A stretch of 64,000 nucleotides of DNA from Phyllosticta citribraziliensis. Its lineage: Eukaryota. Positions 12,034-25,015 of this stretch are shown here, piece by piece; position 1 is the stretch's first letter; the number at the start of each line of letters is the position of its first letter. The stretch covers positions 1,922,001 to 1,986,000 of the forward strand of contig NW_027117339.1 in the NCBI RefSeq assembly GCF_038025025.1, read 5' to 3'. Position numbers and translations under genes: made by a program. The notes under the pieces were generated by a model. The model worked only from the letters and a program-made list of their open reading frames with translations, searched no databases and was not told the origin of the DNA.

Positions 12034-13420
12034 TCAATTCACCTCGACGAGGTCGGGCGGTGGCGGAGGCGGCGGCTCGTCGATCAAACTGTCGCTCCAC
12101 AGGCAGTCGAAGACGTGCTGCCCGTAGCTGGGTGGCGTGATTTGGTCCCACAGGTCGCTGCCGCACAGCAGCGACGGCGACGAGGACGAGGCGTGCGTGA
12201 CGCTGGGAGGCGGTAGGAAGAGCTTGGGCCGGAATTTCATCGTCATCTGAATTGATTCAGCCATCCACCGTTTGGACGCAGTCTTTGCAAAAGTAGCGTT
12301 GACTTACCTCGCTCGAATGCTTGTCGGCGTTGATCAGCTCGACGGTGATGTAGAGCAGGTGTCGTGACTTGATGCGCTCGCTGTCGATGTCTTGAACCGT
12401 GATAAACGGTGTGCTGGGCACTGGCAGCTCGACGCGGAAGCTGAGCGCCTCGTCCTCGAGCACGACAGGCGCATTCGTGCTGCATGCTTCCTCGTCCGCG
12501 GTGTCTTCATCTGTCGACTGGACATGCTCGTCACCAATTTCGCGCACCGCCGCGCTCCTCCTCTTCTCCACAACGTTGGGCTCCGCGTTTGTCGTCGTCT
12601 TCAGGACGGATCTCCTCGCACTGTGACTGTGCCATCGCTCGCCGTTCTTGAAGGTCATGAGCAGCACCTCTTCGACGAGTTCGAGCCGGATCTTGCCAAT
12701 CTGCAAGCCGCGCTGCAGCGGCGTGAGGCGAAAGTCGATGGGGATGGCCGAGCCAATGTACGTGTACGGGTTGTGCAGCGAAATGGTGTAGCTGAGCTTC
12801 TCGGCCCACACGTCCTGATGGATCTGCTGCGGCAAAAAGTTCAGGTCGGGCCCCGGCAGTGGCGGCGTCTTGATGACGCGAATGTGCTCCTTGCAGTGCT
12901 GGTCTTTGGACAAGATCCCCGTGTATGCTGTGGCGCTGACATTGTATTTGACGTAGGAGGCCGGCAACCTTTCAATCGTCTCTGGCAGCGCGTTGGCATC
13001 GAGCAGGAAGGAGAATGGCCATTGGTAAGTCCCCGATTTGAATCTTGTGCCGGGGAGCCTAGTCTTGGACGTCTCGAAGAGCGTTTGTTGGAGCAGAATC
13101 ACTCGCTCTCGTTGGTGGACGTAAGCAGGAGTCATGGAATCCGTCAGCCATCTGGTTTGAGGTTAGTTTGACGCGGAGTGTGAAACGGGGGGGCAGCGCA
13201 TACGCGACTTTCCGCAGACCTTCAAAAGTGATTTTGACAGCGTTGATGGACAGTCCATGGCGGACGTGGAGAGCAACATGGCCGCTCACTCTGGCCTTTT
13301 GTCTTTCACCGTCCTGTTGGTTCAGGACGATCGTGGGAGAGTCCAGTCTATGTCAGGTTAACTAAAAGAATTTGGTACAAACGAGGGTACTTACATGATT
13401 TGCAAGCTTGATTTCCCCAT
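12034..13420 (-). CDS. Alpha-arrestin (arrestin N/C domain protein, Rod1/CreD/Aly-like), 4 exons
   Basis: SGHVALHV...VKITFEG, GTYQWPFSFLL...LPETIE...VKYNVSA, WAEKLSYTISL, C-terminal PPSY (PY motif); ATG at 13420, stop at 12034. Confidence 0.85.
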
Positions 13421-16400
13421 TTCCTCGGCTAGAGCACTACGCATAAAGAGAATTGTGTTTTCAGAATGCTTGGGGTCGTGCGGCGATATATAATCGAGTG
13501 TGAATGAGGATCCAATAAATCGTTTTCCCCCCACTAGTTTAACAACAAGGAAAGCTGTGTGACGTTCCAGCGACGACGGTAGCAGCTACCAGCCAGCCAG
13601 CCAGTAGCCAGCAGCAGCAGCAGCCGACTTGTGGCGCTTGATGCGGGTGGCACATGAGACGGGCGTTGTTCGCGCGCCTGGGGATCGGCAGCACTTGCAC
13701 AAACCAAGCGGCGGGGAATGCGTGCCCGCGGCGGCGTCGACACACACCGGTTGCACTCAGCAGGAATCGACAAAGCCCTTTTTGGGCCTCTAGTGCTCGA
13801 CGCTACCCCCCGGCTCCGCGCGTGATGGCATGGATGACCTTTTATCGTGGTTCCTCGAAATTCGTGCGTGCAGCGTCACGTCAACCGGAACCACCCACCT
13901 GCCTGCGCCTGTCCAACGTCCCTGTCGTGAGACCCTCGGCGGGTGCGCTTCCCAATCGGGAATGCCGATCGCCCAAGGCCAGTTGAAGACGTCGTCGATG
14001 CCGTCGGTCCTTTGCAGCGCGGCACGCGCCTCTGTTTGTCGTTCGACCTGTTTGTCAGCCCGTCTCTGCGTATTCGTAGCGAGTTAAGCGTTCTGCCGGT
14101 CGTCGTCGTCACCGTCGTCGGGTCGTGCGAGATGATGTGCGGTGCGGTACGTGGGGTTGACGTGCAGCCTAGTACCTGCAAGGCAAGGGAGGGATATGCT
14201 AAGACGACCATTTCATCATCACCCGAGTTGTCTGCCTGTCTGCCCGAGGACGCGTATGACGCTGCTTCGACCCAGCACGAAATTCAGCCCAGGCCAGGGT
14301 CTTTTTTCTCAAGGTGCGGCGCTTGCGCATGGAGAACAAGGACATTTTCCCCTCTTACAGTCAAGCCGTCTTCGTCGTAGTCTGTGGATCATTTTCATCA
14401 TCGGACTTGCTGTTGTCCCTTTGTGCGCCACTTTCATGTGCTTTGGGGTGGAAACCTGGAAATGATTTTGATGGCGTACTCGACGGGAGGGGACGTTGAA
14501 TCAAGGCGCTGATCTGGCCGGGTCGGATACTGAATGCATCTTGAAATGCGACTGGAAATGCAGGGCAGCCTTTTGAGGCCCAAAGTTTGTTTGTTGTGCA
14601 CTCAACAAGGATGTCGAAGATTCCCGATCAAAGCTATTTTTACACCCAGGGTCCATGCATCGAATCGAAAAATCAGCCAACCTGGCCTGTGGTTAGCAGA
14701 AGATGGAGCTCTCGACTTCTGGGATGTTCCTGCTCACCCAAACATCCAGAACAGTTGATCGAACATGCTCAGAAGCTGGAAGAACTGACGCCTTTGTAGC
14801 GCAGTGGGGGTTTGTTTGCTGCAAGGGTATCTGTAGTTGCTGCGGAGGATACCACTCCGTGGCGACGGCGTCTTCCAGAACAAATGATAATCTGAAGCTG
14901 GCGATCGAAAGCATGCACGAGACTGTCCTGGTGGAGAGCAAAGCTTGGCATGTAGGAGTATCCAAGCCAAACCAGAGAATCGATGGATTGCAAGTTGCGG
15001 ACTCGAGCAGCATTCAGAAGATATCCAAAGTTGCTGGAGTTGGGAAACGGAAGCGTGAAGAGGTCGCCTTTGCTGAAGCCTTTCCAAAATAAACATTCAT
15101 ATTGTAAATGTTTCGCAGTATCCTCCACATACGACCATAGCAGGTAGAGAACTCGGAACCCCGTCCGCTCTTCCATAGATAAGCTACCTTGCGGTCGATT
15201 AGTAGTTGCGTGGGTGACCAGCAGCGAATCCCGACTGTTGTATGTTTTGTCTTTTGTTTTGCGCGTGGTGTCGTTTTGTGGGTTGCGATGGCTCGCTTCC
15301 CTGGTGCAGGTCCGAGCGCGCACCTTACCTTGACATCCGACCACCCGACCCAACACTCAACTGCGACACACACTCTCTCTACATATCCTCATGAATGTTT
15401 CACTGAAAAAAGGCTATGCGAGCCGCCTTTTTGCTTTTCGTGTCGCGAGTTCTGGCCAGACTGGCTGGAACCTGGCCTGACGCGCCGACGGCCGACGCGC
15501 CGACCTCACAAGGTCACACTCATCTTGGAGATAACTGGCCAGGCATTGATCAGATTTCGCTCTGCTTTTGGATCTGTGCTGAGGGACGTACTGTTCCACA
15601 TCAGCTAGAGACGCCCCCTCATTGACCAAACGCCTCCGTTCACGCCATGAAGGAAGAGCCAGAGTTACAAGTCGTTGGAGAGAGCGGCCTGGATCGCTCC
15701 ATCTTTTGCTCCAATCGCGTCCGGATACAAGTTGGGAGGTTGCTATGTGTGCAACATGCCAAGAGAGAGCCTCCGAATTTCTGAAATGCGCAGCCTCGAC
15801 CATCAGCCTTGTCAGATCGTAAAATCTTCCGGGCCTAGAACGGCAACTCCAGAACAACGCGGGGACCGGAGGCTTCGGAGAGTCACACAACGTCCTGGGA
15901 TCTAGACCGTCAACATGCAATTATGCAAAGTTGCTGGCTTGAGACGCGAGTCCCCTGAATTGAACAGCCACGAAAACTCTGGCCCAGATCTAGACAACTG
16001 GAAAGGTGGTGCAAGGCAGACAAATTGCAGCCCGCCTGAACATGTCTTCGTTGAGCATGGAGAGTTCCGTCCACTCAACCACACTCTTTCCAACGGAACT
16101 TTCCAAGCAGTCGCATGTTTCGAGGTGCTGACTTGCAAAAGTCGTCTTTGGTCTTGCAGCACGGCCGGGAAGAGCCGTTCTGCAGCGGCCCGTCTGTATG
16201 ACATGAGCTTGACACCTGCTAAATTGGACAAGCAAGAATTTTCGAGAGGAGCTATCGCACCATCCGGATAGAGGGAGCATTCAGGATGAGGGTGTCGTGG
16301 CGAGCGGCAGGCTTGGTAAAGGGAGCCTTGTGTGGCGTTCTCATTTCGAAGACCTTCTCAGGCTGACACGAGGTGATGGGGTCAAGATAAGTATCCTCGA

Positions 16401-16451
16401 GAATCCTTTCCGTTTCCATCCAGAGCCTCTTTCAATCGACACCTCGCAAAG

Positions 16452-17350
16452 ATGAAGTCTATCAAAATTCTCTGTTTGCATGGTATGGGAGTCAACGCGG
16501 AGATATTTGCTTTACAGACTGGTAGATCACACCAAATCCTCTTACCCCACAATCAGTCCCACCGTTTGACAATTTCATGACAGCACCTTTCCGACGGCTA
16601 CTACCATCTGACTACGAATTCACTTTCCTCGAAGGTCGAAGCTCGTGTGAGCCTGCACCAGGTGTGTCCGGGATCTTTACAGGCCCGTATAGCTGCTGGT
16701 ACGACACACCGACAACTGTCAAAGTTGCCAAGGCGCATGAGTACGTCCTCGAAGTCATTCGCGAAAAGGGGCCTTTCCATGGCGTGATGGGCTTCAGTCA
16801 AGGCGGTGCATTGGCCGCTTCGATCCTGCTGCATCACAAGCTGGCAGGGATACCGGCTCCGTTCGAATTCGCCGTTTTAATTTGCTCGCCAATTCCGTTC
16901 TCGCACTCACTCTCCGCCGGTATCGACACGAGGACCTATTTCGGATCTCCCGCACGCATCCCTGTTCGACCTGGTTGCCCAGACGAGGTGCCGCAGTATC
17001 TCATCACCGATCCAGTGTACCTCAGGGGCGAAGAAAGATTGGCGGAATTAAAGACGAAGAGGAAGAAGCAACAGGCCTTGGCCAGTCTAAGCGACGGTTT
17101 CTCAAATTCTTCGAAGGAAGCTTTTTATCAAATGTTCCACCCCACCGTCGACTTGATCCGCATCGACATACCTACTGTGCACGTGGTCGGGAGGAGGGAC
17201 AAGTGGAGGAGCCACTCGCTGGATCTGGTGGCACTGTGCGCCGCAGGATCTTGTACGCTCTTTGAACACCATGGGGAGCATGAGATTCCAAAGGAAATCG
17301 GCGAGGACATGTGCGATTTGATCGAGGCGATTGTCGCTTTGACCCATTGA
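16452..17350 (+). CDS. FSH1/DUF341 serine hydrolase (LovG-like esterase), 2 exons
   Basis: KILCLHGMGVNAEIF; GPFHGVMGFSQGGALA (Ser), IPTVHVVGRRD (Asp), HHGEHEIP (His). Confidence 0.93.
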
Positions 17351-17887
17351 GTCCGGGCCTGGATTCGTGGACCATATTTTCTTGACCTCGGAGAAATGCA
17401 TCTTCAACCCCCTGATACGACTGCCTGCATTTACGCTTGATGATCCGCAACTGTTTGGTCCTCAGGTCCCCTTCTCAAGTCAGCAATTCAGAAGAGGATT
17501 GAAATACTATAGCGAATGTCCCCGTTTCTTTCATCAGAGGAAATTGAATTTTCGGCATTCTTGTGCCATGGAAATCTTGGATGGTTCCGAATCTTCATTT
17601 TTTTGGGTCGTTGAACGCCGTGTCATGATGTCTTAGGCGTTAACGAACACTCCCGGTTTCCACCGCCACGCCGGGGGAGCTGGGGAACGCTCCTGACCCG
17701 CACCTCTCAACCGGATTAAGATCATCGCCACGCTTAACATTTGTCGAATTCTGGACACCTGGCCGTCTTTACGTGGTCCAAATGTCGAACTGAACAATTT
17801 CTTTGGACAAGAACCAAAATCACGAGTCAATTTTGCACGTATGACGCTATTCTCCGGAACATGGTCGCCAAATTCACACCAGAAGGA

Positions 17888-19958
17888 TTACACAGCAGCG
17901 CCCATGCCGACCGAACTTGGCAAGCGTTTCGCAGGAGCGGCGAGCGAAATGATGAACGCAACTCCCGCAAGAGCAGTGCCCATGGCCCAGGCAGCTTCGA
18001 GCCCTTTCATGTACGATCTCAGAATTCCCAACAGGGTTTGGTCGTCAAAAATATTGCGCAGCTGCGTAGCTCCCGTCTCCAGGATCGCTTCAGGATTGAG
18101 ATCTGGGACGTAGCTGTGCAGTGCTGCCAGGAGACGGTTGGCGAAAATGCTTTCGGCTGCAGACACGGAAAGCGCACCGCTGACGAGTTGGAAGACTTTA
18201 TGGCTACATCAGAATTTGGCACAGACATGGCTTGACTGCACTTACAAAGGACCGTGGCCGTCACTGCTGGAATATCCTCTACCGGCGAAAATGCTTGCGC
18301 AGCAATGATCGGGACTTGAATGCACGTGCCCACTCCAATGCCAAAGACGATTTGATAGCCAATGTACTTTCCTGGCGAAGCATCCAAGCCGAGCGTGTAA
18401 AGAAGACCGGCACCCACTGTGAGGAAGGCGGCTCCGACCGTCAGGGGTATTTGGAAGTACTTGATGTATCGGATACCGTAACTGCTGACCAAAGTCGCAA
18501 TCGCTGTTCGACGTCAGTGGACGTTCAAATTTTGGGTCGACTGCTTTACATGAAGAGAGAATGAGCGGGAGGTTGCGAATGCCGCTCATGGCTGGCGAGG
18601 CTCCGTCGATGGCCTGGAAGTAGATTGGTAAGTAGTAAATCATTAGGAAATTGGCCGTGTTCATGCTAAAAGACGTCAGCAGAAAGTCCCACGGTTCTCA
18701 AACAGCACTCTACCCACAAGAATATGAATAGGCTGCACACGAGAACAACCCGAGAGCGCAGGATTCGAGGAATCACGAGCGACCTCTCTTTCTGCCACCA
18801 TTCAAGGATGGCGAACACGATCGTCAGGATAATCCATCCAACGAGGGTGCCGATGACGTCCCTGGAATTCCATGATTTGCTAATACCGCCCCATTGAAGG
18901 GCGAGTATGTAGCAAATCAGACCGGTTAGGATGGCCGTGGTGCCAGCCGGGTCCATTTGAAGCAAGACTTCCTTCCATGTCACATGAGCCAGCTTTGCGG
19001 TACTTGGAGTACGGAAAAAGAGCAGTAGAAGAACAAGAGCACAGCCGCCAATGGGAAGATTGATGTAAAAGCTTTTACGATGTCAGTCAACGCAGCGACA
19101 AACGGACAAGGTGACGTACCACCAACGCCAGGAGACTTTGTCGGCAAAAGCGCCGCCCAGAAGTGGCCCAGCAACGCTGGCCAAGCTGAACACTGCACCA
19201 ATGAGACCAACGTACGCAGGTGTCTTTTCGGGAGGTGAAGAGTAGGCAATAATGATGTAACAGCCTCCAGTGATACCAGCGCCGCCAACACCAGTAAGGG
19301 CGCGACCGACGATGAGGACAGTGCTGTTGGGGGCAGCTCCTGAACGCTTGTAAGCCGATTGTCCCCAGCAACTTTGTTGCAAATACTTACCGCACATCAC
19401 GCTGCCCGCCTCGAAAGGTATGACAGCCGTAACGAACGTAAGTTTCAGGGGAAGATACTTGTAAGCCTTGCCCCATGACGACTGAAATACGGCCAACGTC
19501 AGGAAAAATGCGGAGCCGTACCACCCAACATGATCGAGGCGACGAAAGTCATCCGTGATTTTTGGGATCGCTGTAGCCACAATAGTCTTTGCGGGACCGG
19601 TCAGCCAGGAGCAAACAAAAAAGAATTTTTTCCTCGGTGTTGAGGCTGGATAGAAGGTACCATGTCTAGGGCAACCTGTGGGCAGGCGTCAGCGAGGCTT
19701 GGAATACGGTGTGCTTATGCCACTCACGAGGAACATGCTCAGCAGCAAAGCGCAGAGGATCATCGCCAGAGAAAATCCATTTGGATAGCTCTGCGTTTCG
19801 AGGCTGAGAGCTGGATTCTCATTCTTTTCCAGTGGACTGATCGCTTCGTCGATCGGGGTCGATACCGGCACTTCTGGCGCATCGAATCTTGGGTCCGCGT
19901 CATCATGCACTGGCTTGATGGAATAGTCCGAACCTTTGGCAGACACAGTCGCGGACAT
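17888..19958 (-). CDS. MFS drug:H+ antiporter, 14-TMS toxin-efflux type, multi-exon
   Basis: VALDMTIVATAIPKITDDF, GWYGSAFFLT, IVGRALTGVGGAG, GPLLGGAFADKVSWRW, YYLPIYFQAI. Confidence 0.93.
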
Positions 19959-21107
19959 GGTGGTCGACGGAGAAATTTTTATTTACTTGACAAGGTGATT
20001 GAGAGCGTTGGTCGCAACAGTCGACTGGAACTCACGATCGAAGTCCTCCATCTTTGTATCTGCGATCAAAGGTAGGAGGCAGCTCTGGGCGGTCTTCGCT
20101 TTGGCCCGAATGTTCTTTCTGTGCGACGGATTCTGTCAGCTCCCGACGAGCTTCGCTCTGGACCGGTGCATTCCCCAGCCACGTTCCAAGAGGGTCAAAT
20201 CGGTCGATCGATAGGACTTGGCTCGACACACAAAGGACACTTGCATGTTGTGAGTTGCCACCGCCACCAGCAACAATGCAAGTAGCCGAAACAAAGGGGA
20301 GAAGGGCAGAGTTGCCTGGACAGAATAAAAAAAGCAAACCAAAATGAAGCGGGAGATGTGCATTGACTTAGCCAGTCTGTTGGCGATCTAGAATTCTGGC
20401 AAGTGGCAATTAGAGTAATGACTGGGTCCGAGGCGGAGTGGGACTGCGTATTGCGCGAGAATTGAGAAATTTTGCAGAGAGAGGCCCTCGCCCTTGGCCG
20501 GGACAAAAATATCGAATCCTTTGAAGCTTGGAACTAGTCCTACATGCCACTATCCCCTCCGCCTACTCGCCAAAGGGAGGAAATGGAAGCCATTACGCTG
20601 GAGAAGAACTCCATCCTTCCCGCTTTCACAGCGATGATCACGAAAAGCTAGCAGAGGCTTATGCAAGTAGTCAATGGCCAAAGTCCATCCGAGATTTCCA
20701 ATAGAAGACACTGAAACAATTTAATATCCACTAAAGTGGCTTCGGAGATGACCACTGATCGAACTGAAAACCCTCTGACTCTTGACATTCGGCGTTCGAC
20801 AATATGAACGCCATTTGGCTAGAGGCTGCGACGACATAGCCACTCAGGTCTCGAGTCCAAAGAAGCTTAGCTGAGATCTTGCAAACCAACACGAGAGATC
20901 TGTTGGTATGGCTTCGTGGATGACCTGACGGGGATGGCAAAAACTCGATTCTGGCGGTTGTCATGGGGCCAGGGGCGAAATCGATCCAAATCGACATCCA
21001 TAAAGACACTGGCTTAAATATGTGTAAGAGCAATGTGGTAAGTGTATCGGAAACTCCGCGGCGTTCGTTGGAACTGAGCGAGGGCAAATTTGTCTTTCAT
21101 TCCGACC

Positions 21108-22930
21108 ATGATGCGCACCGCCCAATTGTCTTGGGTATCTTTTGCATTGTTCCTGCTCAACCTCCCGTTTTCTGTCGGGATACCGTCCAAGGACTCAAAG
21201 CCATCATGTCGCTGCATGCCGGGAGACGTCTGCTGGCCCAACGTGAGAGACTGGGCGGAACTCAACAAGACTGTCGGCGGAAGATTGGTCTCCAATATTC
21301 CTCTCGCACATGTCTGTCACGATCCATCTTACAACAAGGAGGACTGCGATTATTTGAAACAGCAATGGGCGTTCCCGATCATACAGTATGGAGACTATCC
21401 CTGATCGAAGAAAGTCGGCTGACCTATCCAAGCGAGACTTCGAGCACGAGTGTCATGATGCCATGGTTCCAGAACGCGAGCTGTGATCCATTCACACCTC
21501 GAGAGCAACAATGCGAGTTGGGAAATTATCCCGTCTATTCGATTGATGTCTCTTCTGCAGACGACATTGCAGCTGGCGTCAAATTTGCACAAATGAAGAA
21601 TATCCGCTTCGTTGTAAAGAACACCGGCCATGAGTATGGATAGTTCAAGACATCTGCATTTCGTGAGCTGATATTTTCCAGTTTCCTGGGGAAAAGTGCG
21701 GGAAAGGGCGCCCTCAGCCTGTGGACTTCAAACATGAAGTCGATCGCGGGGATCAAAAACTTCAAGAGCAGTTACTACAGTGGACCTGCCGTGAAGATGG
21801 CTGCTGGTGTTCGTGGAGCAGATGTGTATCCAGTGGCCAAGGCTAATGGACTTGTTGTGGTTGGCGGAAGTTGTCCTTCGGTCGGACTTGTTGGTGGATT
21901 CACCCAAGGCGGTGGCCACAGTATTTTGACCAGCAGCTTCGGTATGGGGGCGGACCAAGTCTTGGAATGGGAGGTCGTCACTGCTGATGGAAGACGCGTT
22001 ACTGCAACACCAAAAGAGAACAGCGACCTATACTGGGCTCTCAGCGGCGGAAGTCCCGGCGCTTTCGGAGTCGTTGTCTCCACGACAGTTCGCGCCTACA
22101 AGGATCGCAGATTCGGTGGTGCTGCCTTGAGTTTCACCTCTTCGGGAATCACAAACGACACGTTCTGGAAGGCTTTCAGCTCATGGCAAGCCCAAGTCCC
22201 GGCGATAGTCGACTCAGGGGCCAGTGCCGCTTACGTGCTATCCGCCAACTTGTTCCTGATTCAGCCCTTGACCTATCCGGGTGCTACGGAGGCCCAGACC
22301 CGTAATCTACTCAAGCCATTCACGGATACCTTGGATCGACTGAAGGTCGTTTATTCGCTCAACGTCACTTCTTACTCCAACTTTCTAGATCATTACTCTT
22401 TGTACCTTGGCCCCCTCCCGGGAGGAGCGTATCCAGTCGATCGTCTGATGGGCGGACGCCTGATTCCTCGTGAGGCTGTCACAAAAAACAATCAAGGAGT
22501 TGTCGAAGCCTTGCGGTTCCTCGCAGAAAACACGAACGCCTACCTCGGCTTCTCGGCGATCAAGTCAAACGCCAACATGGCTGTCGCCGCAAACGCCGTA
22601 CTCCCGCAGTGGCGTTCGTCCGTCATCACTTCTCTTTTGCAAACGCAGTGGAACTTTTCTGCCCCGCACGAAGCCAATGTCGCACAGCTGAACGAACTCA
22701 ACGACATCGTGGTGCCGAAAATGACGGAAGTGACTCCAGGTTCCGGCACATATCTCAATGAGGCCAACTTTGCTCTGAAGACATGGAAAAAGGACTTTTA
22801 CGGTGTCAACTACGACAGACTACTGCGAATCAAGAAGAAGTGGGACACCAAAGGTCTGTTTTATGGTCCAACGATGGTCGGAAACGACGCTTGGGTAGTC
22901 TCGGGCGATGGAAGACTTTGTCGGTCGTGA
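21108..22930 (+). CDS. FAD-linked oxidoreductase, BBE/VAO-PCMH family, with signal peptide, 3 exons
   Basis: CRCMPGDVCWP, KNTGHDFLGKS, GGSCPSVGLVGGFTQGGGHS, LYWALSGG, YLNEA...FYGVNYDRLLRIKKKWD. Confidence 0.94.
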
Positions 22931-23250
22931 ACCTTCTCTACATGTATTTTTGGAGTTCAGTAGTTGTCTCTGTCGCTCCTTTCTGTTCGTAGACTCGCAT
23001 GGATTACGCCGCCAGGCTCTGTTGCCTTTTCTTTGTCTATCGGAACCAACATTGCAGGCGTGCAAACACTTGCACAAAGACTACAATCATGATCAGCAAC
23101 TCATGAGCCGCGTACGCAACTTTTTGACCATTCAGCCAATGATGGGGGAGCTCGGTTATGGCCTGGTCCGTTCGTGGTCTGTGCATTGTGCAAAAAAATC
23201 TCAACACCGAGGCCCCCGAACTTCCACCTCACACCACAACACCACCCGCC

Positions 23251-23260
23251 AAAACAAAAA
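23251..23260 (-). terminator. Probable RNA polymerase III terminator of the tRNA-Lys gene
   Basis: TTTTTGTTTT on the minus strand about 18 nt downstream of the tRNA 3' end. Confidence 0.6.
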
Positions 23261-23278
23261 GACACTCGTCAGGAATTG

Positions 23279-23385
23279 AGCCCAACGCGGGGATCGAACC
23301 CGCAGCCTTGAGATGTACTCGATTACAGCATCTTGAAGAGCTAGTAACTAAGAGTCTCACGCTCTACCGATTGAGCTAGCCAGGC
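23279..23385 (-). tRNA. tRNA-Lys(CTT) with 34-nt intron
   Basis: Minus strand GCCTGGC TA GCTC AATCGGTA GAGC G TGAGA CT CTT A [34-nt intron] A TCTCA AGGCT GCGGG TTCGATC CCCGC GTTGGGC T folds as a 73-nt cloverleaf; intron at the canonical 37/38 position. Confidence 0.96.
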
Positions 23386-23553
23386 AGCTTGTTGATGAGA
23401 GATGGACAACATTTGACAGTTATAAATGCAACAAATAGATGTTCAATTGGCTGCCTGAGATCTTTGTACAATTTCACAGCTCCCTGGTAGTCCATTCAGT
23501 CTTGCGGAACACAACATCTGACCGGGGCACACTGCCGCAAAGACACCGAGAGC

Positions 23554-24406
23554 TCACCAAGCAAACTCTCCACCCTCGATGGTCGGGAAGTGTCCAGAAG
23601 TCTTCTCCTTGGAGGCTCCGTCAATGGTGGAAACAATGTAGTTCACCGAGTCCTCGATGGTGGTGGTGGCCTCCTTGAGGCCGAACATGGCGGCTCCGGC
23701 GTTGCCCATGTCGGTCTGGACAAAGCTTCGAATCTGTCAGCAGATGCAAGAGAGGCCGAAGAAGATGCGAGACTTACCCAGGGTCGACAGGGAACGAGGT
23801 CACGTTGGCATGCTCGAAGTGAATCTTGCGGAGAATGTAGTGGAGCACCGCCTTGGAGATTCCGTAGGCAGACATCTGGAAGGGACGGCTCTCCATGTTG
23901 CCAATCGAACCAATTGGGGAACCGAGAGCCACGAACTTCGGGTTCTTTGATTCATTGAGGAGAGGGAGTACGGCCTGGAAGAGGAACAAGGGGCCGTACG
24001 CGTTGACCTCGACGTGCTGCTTGATGACGCTGCCAGAGAGTGTCGCGATGGGAGAGAAGTCATCAGAAATGCCCGCATTGGCAATGACCACATCAATGTG
24101 AGTGATGCCTTTGCTGAGCAAGAGCTGCACAGCCTTCGCGGGGGCTTGCTCGTCACTGCTGTCGAGAGGGACGATGACGAGGCTGCTTCCCTGACCCTTG
24201 GGAAGGTCGTTCAGAGAATCAGCCGAAGCGACATTGCGAACGGCAGCAATGACGGTGGTGTTGTCGCGAGAGAGGTAGGTCGCAGTGAGGCCTTTTCCGA
24301 TACCTGCGTTGTGCTGTCAGTCCCGATTCGACTTTTTCGAAATTTGTTAGCATTAGACAATACCTCTGTTGGCACCAGTGATCAGATAGACCGTGTTTGC
24401 TGACAT
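23554..24406 (-). CDS. Short-chain dehydrogenase/reductase, Nor-1/AflD-like ketoreductase, 3 exons
   Basis: YLITGANRGIG, IDVVIANAGI, catalytic YGISK, DPGFVQTDMGN, ends ...GGEFAW*. Confidence 0.92.
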
Positions 24407-25015
24407 TTTTGGCCGAGGAACGAAGTGTGGGCTTTAGTCGTGGCTTTCGAATTCTCAAAGTTCTTGAGGTTGATTGAAAAAACTTCACCAACTTGCAACA
24501 ATCGCCCATCTCTTATAGTTCAAATCGAGACCTGAGACCTTCATCTCTTCGATTTGTAAAAGCTACAGAAAGCCGGACGAAACTGCACCCGGCCGCCATT
24601 CATCGCCCAGGACGTCATTTTCTTTGTCCCCAGACGAGGGGCCATCACGCCGAGCCGATTATTCAGCATCCAGCTGAAAGCAGCAAGGCAACCAGGGGGC
24701 CGGGGAATGCGCAGCCTCGTAAACACGGTTTCGTGCATCTGGGGTTGATCTGTCGTCAGAATTGCTTTCTTGTTCGGTGCCACGCGAGAGCCACACTCCG
24801 CTAGAGCGACCACGCCAAGACAGACGCCAATCGTCATGTGCCACCCGCGCTACACTATCAGGCAAGTGCTCGAATTTGCTGCAGGTAAGCGAAGCTGAAG
24901 AGCTTGTCTTGGAGTTGGACGTTTCTTTCCGGCTGATTTCTCCAGGGTATGAGATAGTTATGAACGATGTTTCTTGCCCTTCAGAATTTCAGAATCAGGC
25001 AGACTTGCAATCAAA

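Noticed and set aside
23554..24406. Aflatoxin-type pathway suggested by the Nor-1-like SDR
   Set aside because: The PKS is highly reducing and no other aflatoxin genes are present.
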